Under the pieces are notes generated by a model. It saw only the letters and a list, made by a program, of their open reading frames with translations, was not told the origin of the DNA and did not search any database. Below are positions 18,681 to 28,890 of a DNA stretch of 64,000 nt, one piece after another (the first letter of the stretch is position 1; each line of letters opens with the position of its first letter). The DNA comes from Gammaproteobacteria bacterium (lineage in GTDB: Bacteria > Pseudomonadota > Gammaproteobacteria > Burkholderiales > Rhodocyclaceae): the NCBI GenBank assembly GCA_029289265.1, contig JARFTX010000005.1, positions 34,452 to 98,451 on the forward strand, read 5' to 3'. The translations under genes and the position numbers were made by a program.

Positions 18681-19718
18681 TCAGGGCGCCGGATTCGTGT
18701 AGCGCAGATGCACGGCCTCCACGTCCTCGGCAAGTTGCGGATCGAATTCGACCCGCCACGCGGCAAGGTTCTCCTCGAGCTGCGCCATCGTCGTCGCGCC
18801 GATGATGGTGCTGGCGACGCAACGACGCCGATACACGAACGCGAGCGCAAGCTCCGCCGGCGACAGGCCGCGCCGCCGCGCAATCTCGGCATAGGCGGCC
18901 ACCGCCGCAGCGACATTGGGCTTGGTGTAACGCTGGCCGAAACTCGGAAAGATCGTCAATCGGCCGGCAGCGGCCGGGTCGGCAAGATACTTGCCGGTGA
19001 GATGACCGAAGGCGAGCGGCGAATAGGCCAGCAGCCCGACGCGTTGGCGATGGCAGACCTCGGCGAGGCCGTACTCGAAGACGCGGTTGAGCAGACTGTA
19101 GGCGTTCTGGATCGATACGACCCGCGGCAACCCCAGTTCGTCGGCCAGGCGGCAGAACTCCATCACGCCCCAGGGGTGCTCGTTCGACAGGCCCACGTAG
19201 CGGATCTTGCCTTCGCGCACCAGCTCGCCCAAGGCTTCGAGTTGCGCCCGGATCGGCGTGCACGCGCGCTCCTTGTCCGGTTCGTACTGCCACTGGCCGA
19301 ACATCGGCTGATTGCGCTCGGGCCAGTGCAACTGGTAGAGATCGACGTAGTCGGTCCCGAGCCGCTCGAGGCTACCTTCGATCGCGGCGCGAATATTGGC
19401 GCGGTCGAGCGCATGCGGCCCGCCGCGAATCCACCCGAGGCTGCGCGCCGGGCCGGCGACCTTGGTCGCGACGATCACGTGGTCGCGCGGCTGACGGGCA
19501 AGCCAACTGCCGACGATGCGCTCGCTCTCGCCGTAGGTCTCGGCCCGCGGCGGCACCGCGTACATCTCGGCAGTGTCGATGAAGTTGATGCCCTCGGCGA
19601 GGGCGCGATCGAGTTGCGCATGCGCCTCGACACGCGAGTTCTGCTGGCCGAACGTCATCGTGCCGAGACAGATCGCGGAGACTTCCAGATCGCTGCCGCC
19701 GAGCTTGCGGTAGTCCAT
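18681..19718 (-). CDS. NADP(H)-dependent aldo-keto reductase (Tas-like)
   Basis: Starts MDYRKLGGSDLEVSAICLGTMTFGQQNS and ends EDVEAVHLRYTNPAP, 345 aa, matching the Tas family in length and termini. Confidence 0.9.
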   Translation of the reverse strand: MDYRKLGGSDLEVSAICLGTMTFGQQNSRVEAHAQLDRALAEGINFIDTAEMYAVPPRAETYGESERIVGSWLARQPRDHVIVATKVAGPARSLGWIRGGPHALDRANIRAAIEGSLERLGTDYVDLYQLHWPERNQPMFGQWQYEPDKERACTPIRAQLEALGELVREGKIRYVGLSNEHPWGVMEFCRLADELGLPRVVSIQNAYSLLNRVFEYGLAEVCHRQRVGLLAYSPLAFGHLTGKYLADPAAAGRLTIFPSFGQRYTKPNVAAAVAAYAEIARRRGLSPAELALAFVYRRRCVASTIIGATTMAQLEENLAAWRVEFDPQLAEDVEAVHLRYTNPAP

Positions 19719-19835
19719 GCGGGTCCTCCTGGGGGGCTGTACGCGCGGCATCGGTCGCGCCGCGTCGATTGTATTTGGTGCGTCCGTCGCCGGAGCTTAT
19801 CATCGGTCGCCCGATCCGACACCGCGAACCGCCCG

Positions 19836-20945
19836 ATGCCCGCCGACACCGAGAACCTTGCCTCCCCGCAGCCCGAAGCCGAAGCCTGGGGCCTTCTGGC
19901 CCTGTGCCGCGCCGGTTTCGAGAAGGAAGTCGCCGCCGAGCTCGATCGGTTCGCGGGTGAGATCGGCCTCACCGGCTTTGCCCGCGCCCGCGAAGGGAGC
20001 GCCTTCGTCACCTACGAGGCGCAGGAGCCGGTGCCGTTTCGCGAACTCGCCGAGCATTGCCATTGGCGCACCCTCGTCTTCGCCCGCCAACTGGTGCCGT
20101 GGTTCGCGCGCGTGGATGACCTGCCCGAACGCGACCGCGCCACCCCTCTGGTGGCCGCCGCACGCCGGGCCGGGCAGCGCTTTTCCACGCTCTCGTTGGA
20201 GACGCCCGACACCGACGAGGCCAAGCAGCGCTCCGGCTTCTGCCGCCGCTTCACCGCGCCGCTGCAGCTCGCGCTCGAGAAGGCCGGACTGTTCCGCCGC
20301 AGCCGGGTCGGATTGGCGCAACTGCACGTGCTCTTCCCCGACGAATCGACCGCCTGGCTGTGTGCCTCGCTGCCCGGCCACGCAGCCCCCTGGCCGATGG
20401 GCGTGCCGCGTCTGCGCATGCCGCGCGAAGCGGGCAGCCGCTCGACGCTGAAGCTCGCCGAGGCGATCTACTCGCTGCTCACCGACGAAGAACGTGAAAC
20501 CAGCCTGCGCGCCGGGCTGCGCGCCGTCGACCTCGGCGCTGCGCCCGGAGGCTGGACCTGGCAGCTCGCGCACCGCGGCCTGCGTGTCACCGCGATCGAC
20601 AACGGCACGCTCGCACCCTCGGTGTTGGCCACCGAGATGGTCGAGCACCTGCGCGCCGACGGCTTCACCTGGCGGCCGCATCGGCCGGTCGAGTGGATGG
20701 TCTGCGACATGGTCGAGCAGCCTTCGCGCATCGCCTCGCTCGCCGCCGAGTGGATCGCCACCGGCCGCTGCCGGCGCACCATCTTCAACCTCAAGTTGCC
20801 GATGAAGCGCCGCCTCGAGGCGGTCGACCAGTGCCGCGCCCTGATCCACAAGCGGCTCGCCTCCGTCGGACCCTACGACCTGCGCATCCGCCACCTCTAC
20901 CACGACCGCGAAGAGGTGACGGCCTATCTGGCTTTGCGCCGCTGA
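19836..20945 (+). CDS. rlmM: 23S rRNA (cytidine2498-2'-O)-methyltransferase RlmM
   Basis: Blocks shared with E. coli RlmM/YgdE: CRAGFEKE, SRSTLKL, DLGAAPGGWT, WMVCDMVEQP, IFNLKLPMK, LYHDREEVT. Only the last 369 codons of the 18351-20945 ORF are coding. Confidence 0.92.
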   Translation: MPADTENLASPQPEAEAWGLLALCRAGFEKEVAAELDRFAGEIGLTGFARAREGSAFVTYEAQEPVPFRELAEHCHWRTLVFARQLVPWFARVDDLPERDRATPLVAAARRAGQRFSTLSLETPDTDEAKQRSGFCRRFTAPLQLALEKAGLFRRSRVGLAQLHVLFPDESTAWLCASLPGHAAPWPMGVPRLRMPREAGSRSTLKLAEAIYSLLTDEERETSLRAGLRAVDLGAAPGGWTWQLAHRGLRVTAIDNGTLAPSVLATEMVEHLRADGFTWRPHRPVEWMVCDMVEQPSRIASLAAEWIATGRCRRTIFNLKLPMKRRLEAVDQCRALIHKRLASVGPYDLRIRHLYHDREEVTAYLALRR

Positions 20946-21203
20946 GGCGGGAGGGATCGGCCCCGAAGACGGCGTTCCACGCTCCGGTCGCTGTGGCGCA
21001 GGATCGCCGCGACGACGCACTCCTCCAGCACGCTTCACCCCGCTCGAATCAACGATTGCGACGTGTATAATGCGCACTTTCACTGATTCCGGCCTGCCGG
21101 GTGGCTCGGCCTTCAGCGGATTCGGGTCGACCCAGGCCCCGGCGCCTCGCAGCCCCCGCACCGTCTCCCCGCCCGCGCGGCCGCTCCACGAAGAAGAACG
21201 CCT

Positions 21204-22676
21204 ATGAGCTTCGCCGATCTCGGGCTCCTGCCCGAGTTGCAACGCGCCGTCGCGGAAGCCGGCTACACCGAACCCACGCCCATTCAGAGCCAGGCCATTC
21301 CGGTCGTGCTGGCCGGCCTCGATGTGATGGGCGGCGCCCAGACCGGGACCGGCAAGACCGCCGGCTTCACGCTGCCGATGATCCAGCGCCTCGCGCGCCA
21401 CGCCAGCACCTCGACCAGCCCGGCCCGCCACCCGGTCCGCGCGCTCGTCCTCGCACCGACACGCGAACTCGCCGTGCAGGTCCAGGAGTCGGTCAAGACC
21501 TACAGCAAGTACGTCCCGCTGCGCTCGACCTGCATCTACGGTGGCGTGGATATGCGCGCCCAGATCGAGGAATTGCGCCAGGGCATCGAGATCGTCGTCG
21601 CCACCCCGGGGCGGCTGCTCGATCACGTCCAGCAACGGACCATCCAGCTCGGCCAGGTGGAGATCCTCGTCCTCGACGAAGCCGACCGCATGCTCGACAT
21701 GGGCTTCATCCCGGACATCCGGCGCATTCTCGATCTGCTGCCCAAGACCCGGCAAAGCCTGCTCTTCTCGGCGACCTTCTCCGACGAGATCAAGAAGCTC
21801 GCCGACCAGATGCTGAAGAGCCCGCAACTGATCGAGGTCGCCCGCCGCAATACCGTCTCGGAGACCATCACGCACCGCGTGCATCCCGTCTCGGCCGGAC
21901 TCAAGCGCAACCTGCTCGCCCATCTGCTGCGCCACCAGCCCGACACGCAGGCGCTGGTCTTCGTCGACACCAAGCTGCTGTGCGGACGCCTTGCGCACTT
22001 TCTCGCCCGTCACGGCATTGCCGCCGACGCAATCCACGGCGACAAGAGCCAGGCGCAGCGCACCGAGACGCTCGACGCGTTCAAGTCGGGCAAGCTGCGC
22101 GTGCTGGTCGCGACCGACGTCGCCGCGCGCGGGCTCGACATCGACGACCTGCCCACCGTCATCAATTTCGAGCTGCCGCACACCGCCGAGGATTACGTGC
22201 ACCGCATCGGCCGCACGGGTCGTGCCGGGCGCCAGGGCAATGCCGTCTCGCTGGTGAGCGCCGAGGAGAAGCACCGCCTCGACGAGATCGAGCGACTGAT
22301 CAAGTTCAAGATCCCGCAGGAGCTCGTGCCCGGCTTCGATCCAGAGCCGGATTTCGACGAGGTCGGCAGCCGGCGCAAGCGGCGCGAGGCACCGGAGGCG
22401 GTCGGCCGGGGTCGACGCAACGGCGACTCCGAACCAGCGGCTGCGCCGGCTCCGGCCGTCGCCGCCCGCCCTGCGCGCAGCGCCGAACCGCGCCGTGGCA
22501 AGGGCCGCTCGACCATCGCCGCGGACGGGTTCGACTTCAGCAAGCCTTATGAGCCGGCCGCTGTGCCGGCCCTGATCGCCGAGGGCGAAAACACGGCAGG
22601 CACTGCACCGTCCGCGCTGCCACGTCGCGGACAGCGCCCCATCGCCGCTTTGCTCGGCGGCCTGGGGCGAAAGTAG
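21204..22676 (+). CDS. rhlE: ATP-dependent DEAD-box RNA helicase RhlE
   Basis: Q-motif, AQTGTGKT, DEAD (VLDEADRM), SAT and HRIGRTGRAG motifs, with a basic C-terminal tail. Confidence 0.93.
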   Translation: MSFADLGLLPELQRAVAEAGYTEPTPIQSQAIPVVLAGLDVMGGAQTGTGKTAGFTLPMIQRLARHASTSTSPARHPVRALVLAPTRELAVQVQESVKTYSKYVPLRSTCIYGGVDMRAQIEELRQGIEIVVATPGRLLDHVQQRTIQLGQVEILVLDEADRMLDMGFIPDIRRILDLLPKTRQSLLFSATFSDEIKKLADQMLKSPQLIEVARRNTVSETITHRVHPVSAGLKRNLLAHLLRHQPDTQALVFVDTKLLCGRLAHFLARHGIAADAIHGDKSQAQRTETLDAFKSGKLRVLVATDVAARGLDIDDLPTVINFELPHTAEDYVHRIGRTGRAGRQGNAVSLVSAEEKHRLDEIERLIKFKIPQELVPGFDPEPDFDEVGSRRKRREAPEAVGRGRRNGDSEPAAAPAPAVAARPARSAEPRRGKGRSTIAADGFDFSKPYEPAAVPALIAEGENTAGTAPSALPRRGQRPIAALLGGLGRK

Positions 22677-22814
22677 CCCCCCTCCCGACACCGGTGGGCC
22701 AGGGCGGAATTGGGCCCGCCTTGACCCGCTATTCCGCGCAAGCCGCGCTCGAGTCTCCGGTATTCTGGATTTAATCGGCAGCCCCGCTGTCAGACCACAA
22801 CCGGAACGACGACC

Positions 22815-24410
22815 GTGATGAACGCTGCAAGCGGCCCCAAGGGCGACGACGCCCCGGGCGAGCCCTTTACACCGGATTTCTCCGAAGGTCTGGAAACCGG
22901 TCTTTATCTAGCCCTGCTCGAACTGCTCGATGAAGGCCTCATCATCACGGGCGACGAGGTCGTGTTCGAGGCCAACAGCGCAGCCTGCCGACTGCTCGAG
23001 CGTGACTACCGCGACATCGCCGGCAAGCCCCTTTCCGAACTCTTCCCCTCCGAACGCGCCTTTCTCGAGGCCCGTCGGCGCCTGTTCATCCAGGGCGAGG
23101 TGCGCGGCAGTCTGCAGGTGTCGCTTCCCGGAGGCGGCCAACGGGCACTGCGCTTCGTCGCGGCCGCGCGCCTGCGACCCGGCATCCATGCCCTTATCCT
23201 CAGTCCCGACATCGCGTTCGAGCGGCCGCCCGCCCAGCCCGGCGGCGACAGCCTATGGCCGCGGCTCGCCGCCGCGCTCGAGCAACCCGTCATCGTCATC
23301 GACGACGCCTCCCGGGTCGTCGCCGCCAACGCGGCCGCGCTCGGTGCGCTGGGGCTGGACCGATCCGCCCTGGTCGGGCACGCGCTCGCCGCGAGCCTCC
23401 ATGTCGAGTGGCCGAAACCCGGTGCGCAGCCGATCGCCCGCCTGCGACCCCATGACCCGGCTCGCAGTCCGATCCGCGCGAAGATCCTGCCAGGCCCGAA
23501 GCCGGGCTGGCAGGTATTGCTGCTGCCGGTCGCGGGCCGCCGCAAGGCCGAGCTGCCGCAGCGACAGCGCGACACCTTCGCGGGTGCGTCCCCCTACTCC
23601 GAAGCGCTCGGCAAGGCCGTCAGCCGGGCGGTCGCGGGCAACCAGCTCGAGCTCGAGTTCCAGCCGCTGGTCGATGCCCGCGATGCGACGATCTTCAGCG
23701 GCGAGGCGCTGCTGCGCTGGCGCCACCCCGAACTGGGGGTCATACCCTTCCGCGACTTCATGGGCGTCGCCCGCGACCAGGGACTGCTCGCCCGCATGGG
23801 CGATTGGGTGCTCGAGAGCGCCTGCCGGCATGCTGCGCAGTGGCCCGCCGTGCGGGGCCGTCGGCCCGGCCTGACCATCAATGTCGCCATGGAACAGCTC
23901 CTGCAGGGCAATCTCGCCGAGCGGGTCCGCAGCGCCCTCGAAGCGACCGGCCTGGACGGCTCAATGCTCGAACTCGATCTCGACGAACAGATGCTCGCCG
24001 AGGACGACGCGACCGTGCTGGAGACGCTGACCGCGCTCAAGGCCATGAAGGTACGACTCGCGATCGATGATTTCGGACGCGGGGTCGCCTCGATTCCGCG
24101 ACTCAAGCGCTATCCGCTGACCGCGCTCAAGCTCGATCCGGCCTTGATCAAGGAGATCGGCAAGCGCGAGGAGAGCGACGCGATCGTCGAGGCCGTCACC
24201 GCAATGGCCGACGTCCTGGGCCTCGAAGTGTTTGCGCGTGGCGTCGAGACGAAGGCCCAGCAGGCCTTCCTGAGCGCGCTCGGCTGCCACCTGCAACAAG
24301 GTCCGCTGTTCGGCCGGCCAATGTCGGCGGAGGATTTTGGCGCCCTGCTCACGCAAAGCGCGGGGACGGCCATGCCGCCCCCACGCCCTGTCAGGCCTCG
24401 AGCGCCTTGA
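22815..24410 (+). CDS. PAS-domain EAL protein (putative c-di-GMP phosphodiesterase; no GGDEF domain)
   Basis: EAL-domain blocks EALLRWRHPE, INVAMEQL, AIDDFGRG, LKLD, ARGVET and LQQGPLFGRP. The N-terminal roughly 250 aa are PAS-like. Confidence 0.85.
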   Translation: MMNAASGPKGDDAPGEPFTPDFSEGLETGLYLALLELLDEGLIITGDEVVFEANSAACRLLERDYRDIAGKPLSELFPSERAFLEARRRLFIQGEVRGSLQVSLPGGGQRALRFVAAARLRPGIHALILSPDIAFERPPAQPGGDSLWPRLAAALEQPVIVIDDASRVVAANAAALGALGLDRSALVGHALAASLHVEWPKPGAQPIARLRPHDPARSPIRAKILPGPKPGWQVLLLPVAGRRKAELPQRQRDTFAGASPYSEALGKAVSRAVAGNQLELEFQPLVDARDATIFSGEALLRWRHPELGVIPFRDFMGVARDQGLLARMGDWVLESACRHAAQWPAVRGRRPGLTINVAMEQLLQGNLAERVRSALEATGLDGSMLELDLDEQMLAEDDATVLETLTALKAMKVRLAIDDFGRGVASIPRLKRYPLTALKLDPALIKEIGKREESDAIVEAVTAMADVLGLEVFARGVETKAQQAFLSALGCHLQQGPLFGRPMSAEDFGALLTQSAGTAMPPPRPVRPRAP

Positions 24411-25770
24411 CGTGGGTGATCACCTCGGAGATCGCGCTTTGCGCACTGCCGTACAGCATGCGGCAGTTCTCCTTGTAGAAAAGCGCGTTCTCGATGCCCG
24501 AGTAGCCCGCACCCTTGCCGCGCTTCACCACGATCACGTTCTGGGCCAGATCGGCGTTGAGGATGGGCATGCCGTAGATCGGGCTCGACTTGTCGGTGCG
24601 GGCAACCGGGTTCACCACGTCGTTCGCGCCGATCACCAGCGCAACGTCGGCCTGGGCGAAGTCGGCATTGATCTCCTCGAGATCGAAGATCTTGTCGTAG
24701 GGCACGCCGGCCTCGGCAAGCAGCACGTTCATGTGGCCAGGCATGCGGCCGGCGACCGGATGAATCGCGAACGCGACCTCGACACCGCCTTCCTCGAGCA
24801 GCTGCGCCATCTCCCAGACCTTGTGCTGTGCGCCCGCCACCGCCATGCCGTAGCCGGGCACGATGATGACCTTCTGGCCGTAGCGCATCAGCGCCGCCGC
24901 ATCGAGTGCCGAGGCCTCGCGCATCGTGCCCTCGACCTCGGCGCCGCTCTCGGCCGCCTCACCGGTGAGCGGGGCGAAGATGATGTTCTTGATCGGCCGG
25001 TTCATCGCCTTCGCCATCAGCTGCGTGAGCAGCGTGCCCGAGGCGCCGACGACGATGCCAGCGACGATCAGCGCCGGATTGCCGAGCACGAAGCCCTTGA
25101 AGCCCACTGCGAGCCCGGTGAAGGCGTTGAGCAGCGATATCACCACCGGCATGTCGGCACCGCCGATCGGCAGCACCAGCACCACCCCGAGCGCGAGTGC
25201 GAGCGCGAAGAACAGGAAGATCTCGAAGCCGCCGGGGCTGTCCGCATAGCCGATGGTCAGGCCGATGCCGAAGGTGATGAGTGTCAGGAAGAAGTTGACG
25301 TTGTTCTGGTACGGCAACCGGATCGCCTTGTTCATCAGGCCTTGCAGCTTGGCAAACGCCACGCACGACCCCGAGAACGCGACCGAGCCGATGATCGCGC
25401 CGAGCACGAGCAGCGTCGACACCATCGCCGAGTGCTGGACCCCGCGCACCAGTTCCACCGCCGCGATGCCGGCCGCGGCGCCGCCGCCCATGCCGTTGTA
25501 GATCGCGACCATCTGCGGCATGTCGGTCATCTTGACGACCTTGCCCGACCACCAGGCGAGGCCGCCGCCGAGCACGATCGCCAGTACCATCAGGCCGATG
25601 TTGTGGAGATTGGGCAGGAAGAAGGTCACCACCGTGGCGGCGATCATTGCGAAGCCCGCCCAGATGATGCCTTTGCGCGCCGTCACCGGCGAGCTCATCG
25701 CCTTCAGGCCGAGGATGAAGACCAGCGCGACGCCGAAATAGGAAGCGTTGATGAACCAGTTGGAAGTCAT
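24391..25770 (-). CDS. pntB: NAD(P) transhydrogenase subunit beta
   Basis: 459 aa, polytopic N-terminus plus an NADP(H)-binding dIII domain (PGYGMAVAGAQHKV...GANDVVNP). Confidence 0.95.
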   Translation of the reverse strand: MTSNWFINASYFGVALVFILGLKAMSSPVTARKGIIWAGFAMIAATVVTFFLPNLHNIGLMVLAIVLGGGLAWWSGKVVKMTDMPQMVAIYNGMGGGAAAGIAAVELVRGVQHSAMVSTLLVLGAIIGSVAFSGSCVAFAKLQGLMNKAIRLPYQNNVNFFLTLITFGIGLTIGYADSPGGFEIFLFFALALALGVVLVLPIGGADMPVVISLLNAFTGLAVGFKGFVLGNPALIVAGIVVGASGTLLTQLMAKAMNRPIKNIIFAPLTGEAAESGAEVEGTMREASALDAAALMRYGQKVIIVPGYGMAVAGAQHKVWEMAQLLEEGGVEVAFAIHPVAGRMPGHMNVLLAEAGVPYDKIFDLEEINADFAQADVALVIGANDVVNPVARTDKSSPIYGMPILNADLAQNVIVVKRGKGAGYSGIENALFYKENCRMLYGSAQSAISEVITHVKALEA

Positions 25771-26072
25771 TTCGCGCCCCCTTCCTTGCCCTCGCGGGTC
25801 TTGAACATGCCGAGCATGCGCTCGGTCACGACGTAGCCGCCGGCGGCGTTGGCCGCGCCGAGGAATACCGCGAGAAAGCCGATCAGAAGCTGTACCGGGT
25901 CGTCCGGGTCGGCATGGCCGAGGGCGGCCATCGCGCCGATCAGCACCACCCCGTGCACGAAGTTCGAGCCCGACATCAGCGGCGTGTGCAGGATCACCGG
26001 CACACGCGAGATGACCTCATAGCCGGTGAAGGCCGCGAGCATGAAGATATAAAGTGCGGTAAAGCCGTCCAT
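25767..26072 (-). CDS. pntAB: NAD(P) transhydrogenase subunit alpha part 2
   Basis: 101-aa membrane protein MDGFTALYIFMLAAFTGYEVISRVPVILHTPLMSGSNF. 4-nt overlap with pntB. The rest of the 25767-26468 ORF was rejected. Confidence 0.9.
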   Translation of the reverse strand: MDGFTALYIFMLAAFTGYEVISRVPVILHTPLMSGSNFVHGVVLIGAMAALGHADPDDPVQLLIGFLAVFLGAANAAGGYVVTERMLGMFKTREGKEGGAK

Positions 26073-26083
26073 GATTGCGCCCC

Positions 26084-27217
26084 CTACAGTCCAAGTGCCT
26101 GCTTCACGCGGTCGCTGCGGACCTCGCCGTCGTGGGTGAGACACGCCCCGGCGATGACCTCGTCCGACCAGTCGAGCGCGAACTCGCCGCCCGGCTTGAT
26201 GAACGGCGAGATGAAGTTGAAGAGGTTCTTCGCGTACATCTCCGAGGCATGCACCGGCATGCGGCTGGCAATATGGGTCGGTCCGATCACCAGCACCTCG
26301 CCCACCCAGGTCTTCTCGCCGGCGACCGTGCCCTCGACGTTGCCGCCGGTCTCGGCGGCCATGTCGACCACCACCGCCCCGGGGCGCATCCGCGCGATCA
26401 TCTCGGCGGTGACGATGACCGGCGCCTTCTTGCCGGGGATCGCCGCGGTCGTGATCAACGCGTCGCACTGCGCCACCGCCTTGGCGAGCCGCTCGGCCTG
26501 CTTCGCCTTCTCCTCGGCGGTGAGCTCACGGGCGTAGCCGCCCTCGCCTACGGCCGCGACGCCCGTATCGACGAATTTCGCGCCCAGCGACTCGATCTGC
26601 TCGCGCACCTCGGGGCGCACGTCGTAGGCCTCGACCATGGCGCCGATGCGCCTTGCCGTCGCGATCGCCTGCAGCCCCGCGACGCCGGCGCCGATCACCA
26701 GCACCTTGGCCGGGCGGATCGTGCCTGCCGCGTAGGTGAGCATCGGGAAGAACTTGGGACTGTGGTCGGCGGCGATCAGCGCGCACTCGTAACCGGCCAC
26801 GGCCGACTGGCTGGAGAGCGCATCCATGCTCTGGGCGCGCGAGATGCGCGGCAGCAGCTCGAGCGAGAAGGCCGTGATCTTCTTCTTGTTCAGAAGCTCC
26901 AGGCGCTTCGCGTCCGACCACGGCTGCAGCATGCCGACCAGCACGGAGCCCGGCTGCATCGCCTTGATCTTGGCCGGCTCGGGCGGCTGCAGGCACAGCA
27001 CGACCTGCGCCTCGCCGAACACCTCGGCGGCCGACTCGACGACGCGGGCACCGACGTAATCCTCGTCCCGGTAATGCGCGAGCTTGCCTGCGCCACGCTC
27101 GACGACGACCTGAGCCCCCAAGGCCAGATACTTCTTCAGAACCTCCGGAACCACGGCGATGCGCCGCTCGCCGGGCAGTGTCTCGGCCGGCACTCCGATT
27201 AACAGAGGCATCGACAT
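26084..27217 (-). CDS. pntAA: NAD(P) transhydrogenase subunit alpha part 1
   Basis: 377 aa, alanine-dehydrogenase/PNT fold with the Rossmann motif VLVIGAGVAGLQAI. Confidence 0.95.
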   Translation of the reverse strand: MSMPLLIGVPAETLPGERRIAVVPEVLKKYLALGAQVVVERGAGKLAHYRDEDYVGARVVESAAEVFGEAQVVLCLQPPEPAKIKAMQPGSVLVGMLQPWSDAKRLELLNKKKITAFSLELLPRISRAQSMDALSSQSAVAGYECALIAADHSPKFFPMLTYAAGTIRPAKVLVIGAGVAGLQAIATARRIGAMVEAYDVRPEVREQIESLGAKFVDTGVAAVGEGGYARELTAEEKAKQAERLAKAVAQCDALITTAAIPGKKAPVIVTAEMIARMRPGAVVVDMAAETGGNVEGTVAGEKTWVGEVLVIGPTHIASRMPVHASEMYAKNLFNFISPFIKPGGEFALDWSDEVIAGACLTHDGEVRSDRVKQALGL

Positions 27218-27485
27218 TCCTCCTCGACAGATGGGTGAGACGAATCGTCGCGCAAGTCGGCCGACACGGGGTGGCCATCCGGCGGCGAACGCCTGCTGGA
27301 ATCCCTCCTCGCGCCCCCGCGTCCGCTCACGAACTCGAGAACCGTTGCGCCCCCACCTTGTTGATTGTCACCGGGTCTTTGCCCGTCGCCCTATGGCGCG
27401 CGAGGAACGCACATCCGATCATACTGATACGGGCGCCGTTGGCAACCTTGTCGTGCATGCGGGACCCGAGGCAGGCCGCCCGAAC

Positions 27486-28271
27486 TCAGCCGAGCGCGGC
27501 CATCCGGAGGGACTCGCCATTGACCGGGGCGTCGATCAGTTTGACGATCGCAAGGGTGATGTTGTCGCCACCGCCCGCCGCACGCGCCCGCGCCTGCGTG
27601 ACGAGAAGGCGCGCCGCCTCGCGGGCCGAGTGCCCGCACACGGTCCGCGCCAATTCGGCATCGGAGAAGTACGCCCACAGCCCGTCGGAGCACAGCAGGA
27701 AGGCGTCACCCGCGGCGAGCGGCCTGATGCCGCCCGTGGCGATCTGCGGCTCGCGCTCGCTGCCCAGGCACGACAGCAGCACATTGCGGTGCGGATGGCG
27801 CATGGCCCCGGCCTCGTCGAGCCGGCCCTTGCGTTGCAACTCGCCGACGAGCGAGTGATCGCGGCTGCGGCTCACCAATTGACCATCACGAAAGTGATAC
27901 AGGCGCGAATCGCCGCAATGCACCCAATCGACGCGACCGGGCTGCAGTAGCAGCAGCACCGCCGTGCTGTGGGGATCCTTCTCGCTGGTCAGACGGGTGA
28001 GACGGATCACGACATGCGCTTCGCGTATCACGCCGGCCAGGAAGTCCCCCGGCGCCTCGTTGTTCGGCGAATAGCTCTCGAAGTTCTGGCGCGCCTTCAG
28101 GAGCACCTGCTCGGCCGCCATCGCACCGCCGCTATGGCCGCCCATACCGTCGGCGAGCACGGCCATCAGCATGTCCGGGCGGGACGGGTGCGCGAACAGG
28201 CTGACCCGATCCTGCTGCTCGGAGCGGTCGCCGGTATGCCGTGCAACGCAGGTCTCTATCTTTAGGGGCAT
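27486..28271 (-). CDS. PP2C-family Ser/Thr protein phosphatase
   Basis: Motifs RSEQQDRV, AVLADGMGGH, HCGDSRLY, LLCSDGLW and DNITLAIV. No kinase or FHA partner nearby. Confidence 0.9.
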   Translation of the reverse strand: MPLKIETCVARHTGDRSEQQDRVSLFAHPSRPDMLMAVLADGMGGHSGGAMAAEQVLLKARQNFESYSPNNEAPGDFLAGVIREAHVVIRLTRLTSEKDPHSTAVLLLLQPGRVDWVHCGDSRLYHFRDGQLVSRSRDHSLVGELQRKGRLDEAGAMRHPHRNVLLSCLGSEREPQIATGGIRPLAAGDAFLLCSDGLWAYFSDAELARTVCGHSAREAARLLVTQARARAAGGGDNITLAIVKLIDAPVNGESLRMAALG

Positions 28272-28408
28272 GACGGAGCAAGTTCTGACGATGACTCATC
28301 ATACCAAGCGATTGCGCCCGCGACGCGCGCCGCGGCATACTGGAACGGGGCCGAGCGTGACAAAGCACACGCATCGGCGCAGCAATTCAGGAGACCGGGG
28401 AGAAGACC

Positions 28409-28852
28409 ATGCAGATCGGACGCGGGTATAACGAAATGAGTATCGCTGACACCTACGAATCGTCGATGACGCTGACCGAGACGCACATCGTGCTCGGGGC
28501 GGGACTGTTCGGCGATTTCAACCCGTTGCACACCGACCAGGGCTTTGCCGAACGCAGCCGCTTCGGCACGCGCATCGCCCACGGCTATCTGACGACGTCC
28601 TACATGGCCGCGCAGCTGGGCATGCTGTTCCATGGTACGGCCATCGCCTACGTCGAGCACACCTCGCGCTTCACCGCCCCGGTCCGGGCCGGCGACACGC
28701 TCGCGATGGTCTGGACCGTGGTGAGCCTCGACGACAAGCCCCGCCATCACGGCGGCATGGTCGGCCTCACCGGCGTGTGCACCAACCAGGACGGCGTGCG
28801 CGTCGCCGAGGCCGAGGCCAAGATGCTGGTCGCGAACAATCCCTCCGGCTGA
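28409..28852 (+). CDS. MaoC-like (R)-specific enoyl-CoA hydratase/dehydratase
   Basis: Hot-dog fold motif FGDFNPLHTDQGFAERSRFGTRIAHG. 147 aa. Confidence 0.85.
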   Translation: MQIGRGYNEMSIADTYESSMTLTETHIVLGAGLFGDFNPLHTDQGFAERSRFGTRIAHGYLTTSYMAAQLGMLFHGTAIAYVEHTSRFTAPVRAGDTLAMVWTVVSLDDKPRHHGGMVGLTGVCTNQDGVRVAEAEAKMLVANNPSG

Positions 28853-28890
28853 CGCCGCGCCCGCAGCGGCGCAGACGGGGCGCACCGCGA

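Noticed and set aside
18351-19835. First 495 codons of the 18351-20945 plus-strand ORF
   Set aside because: The RlmM homology starts at the ATG at 19836. The upstream part overlaps the lipoprotein gene in another frame and is antisense to the aldo-keto reductase gene.
21066-21071. Perfect TATAAT upstream of rhlE as a promoter
   Set aside because: There is no convincing -35 or extended -10 at proper spacing. A lone hexamer is insufficient, so it is not listed as a feature.
19800-22691. 963-codon ORF on the minus strand spanning rlmM and rhlE
   Set aside because: It is antisense to two genes with unambiguous motif content. The product is Arg/Gly/Ala/Asp-rich low complexity, typical of shadow frames in high-GC DNA.
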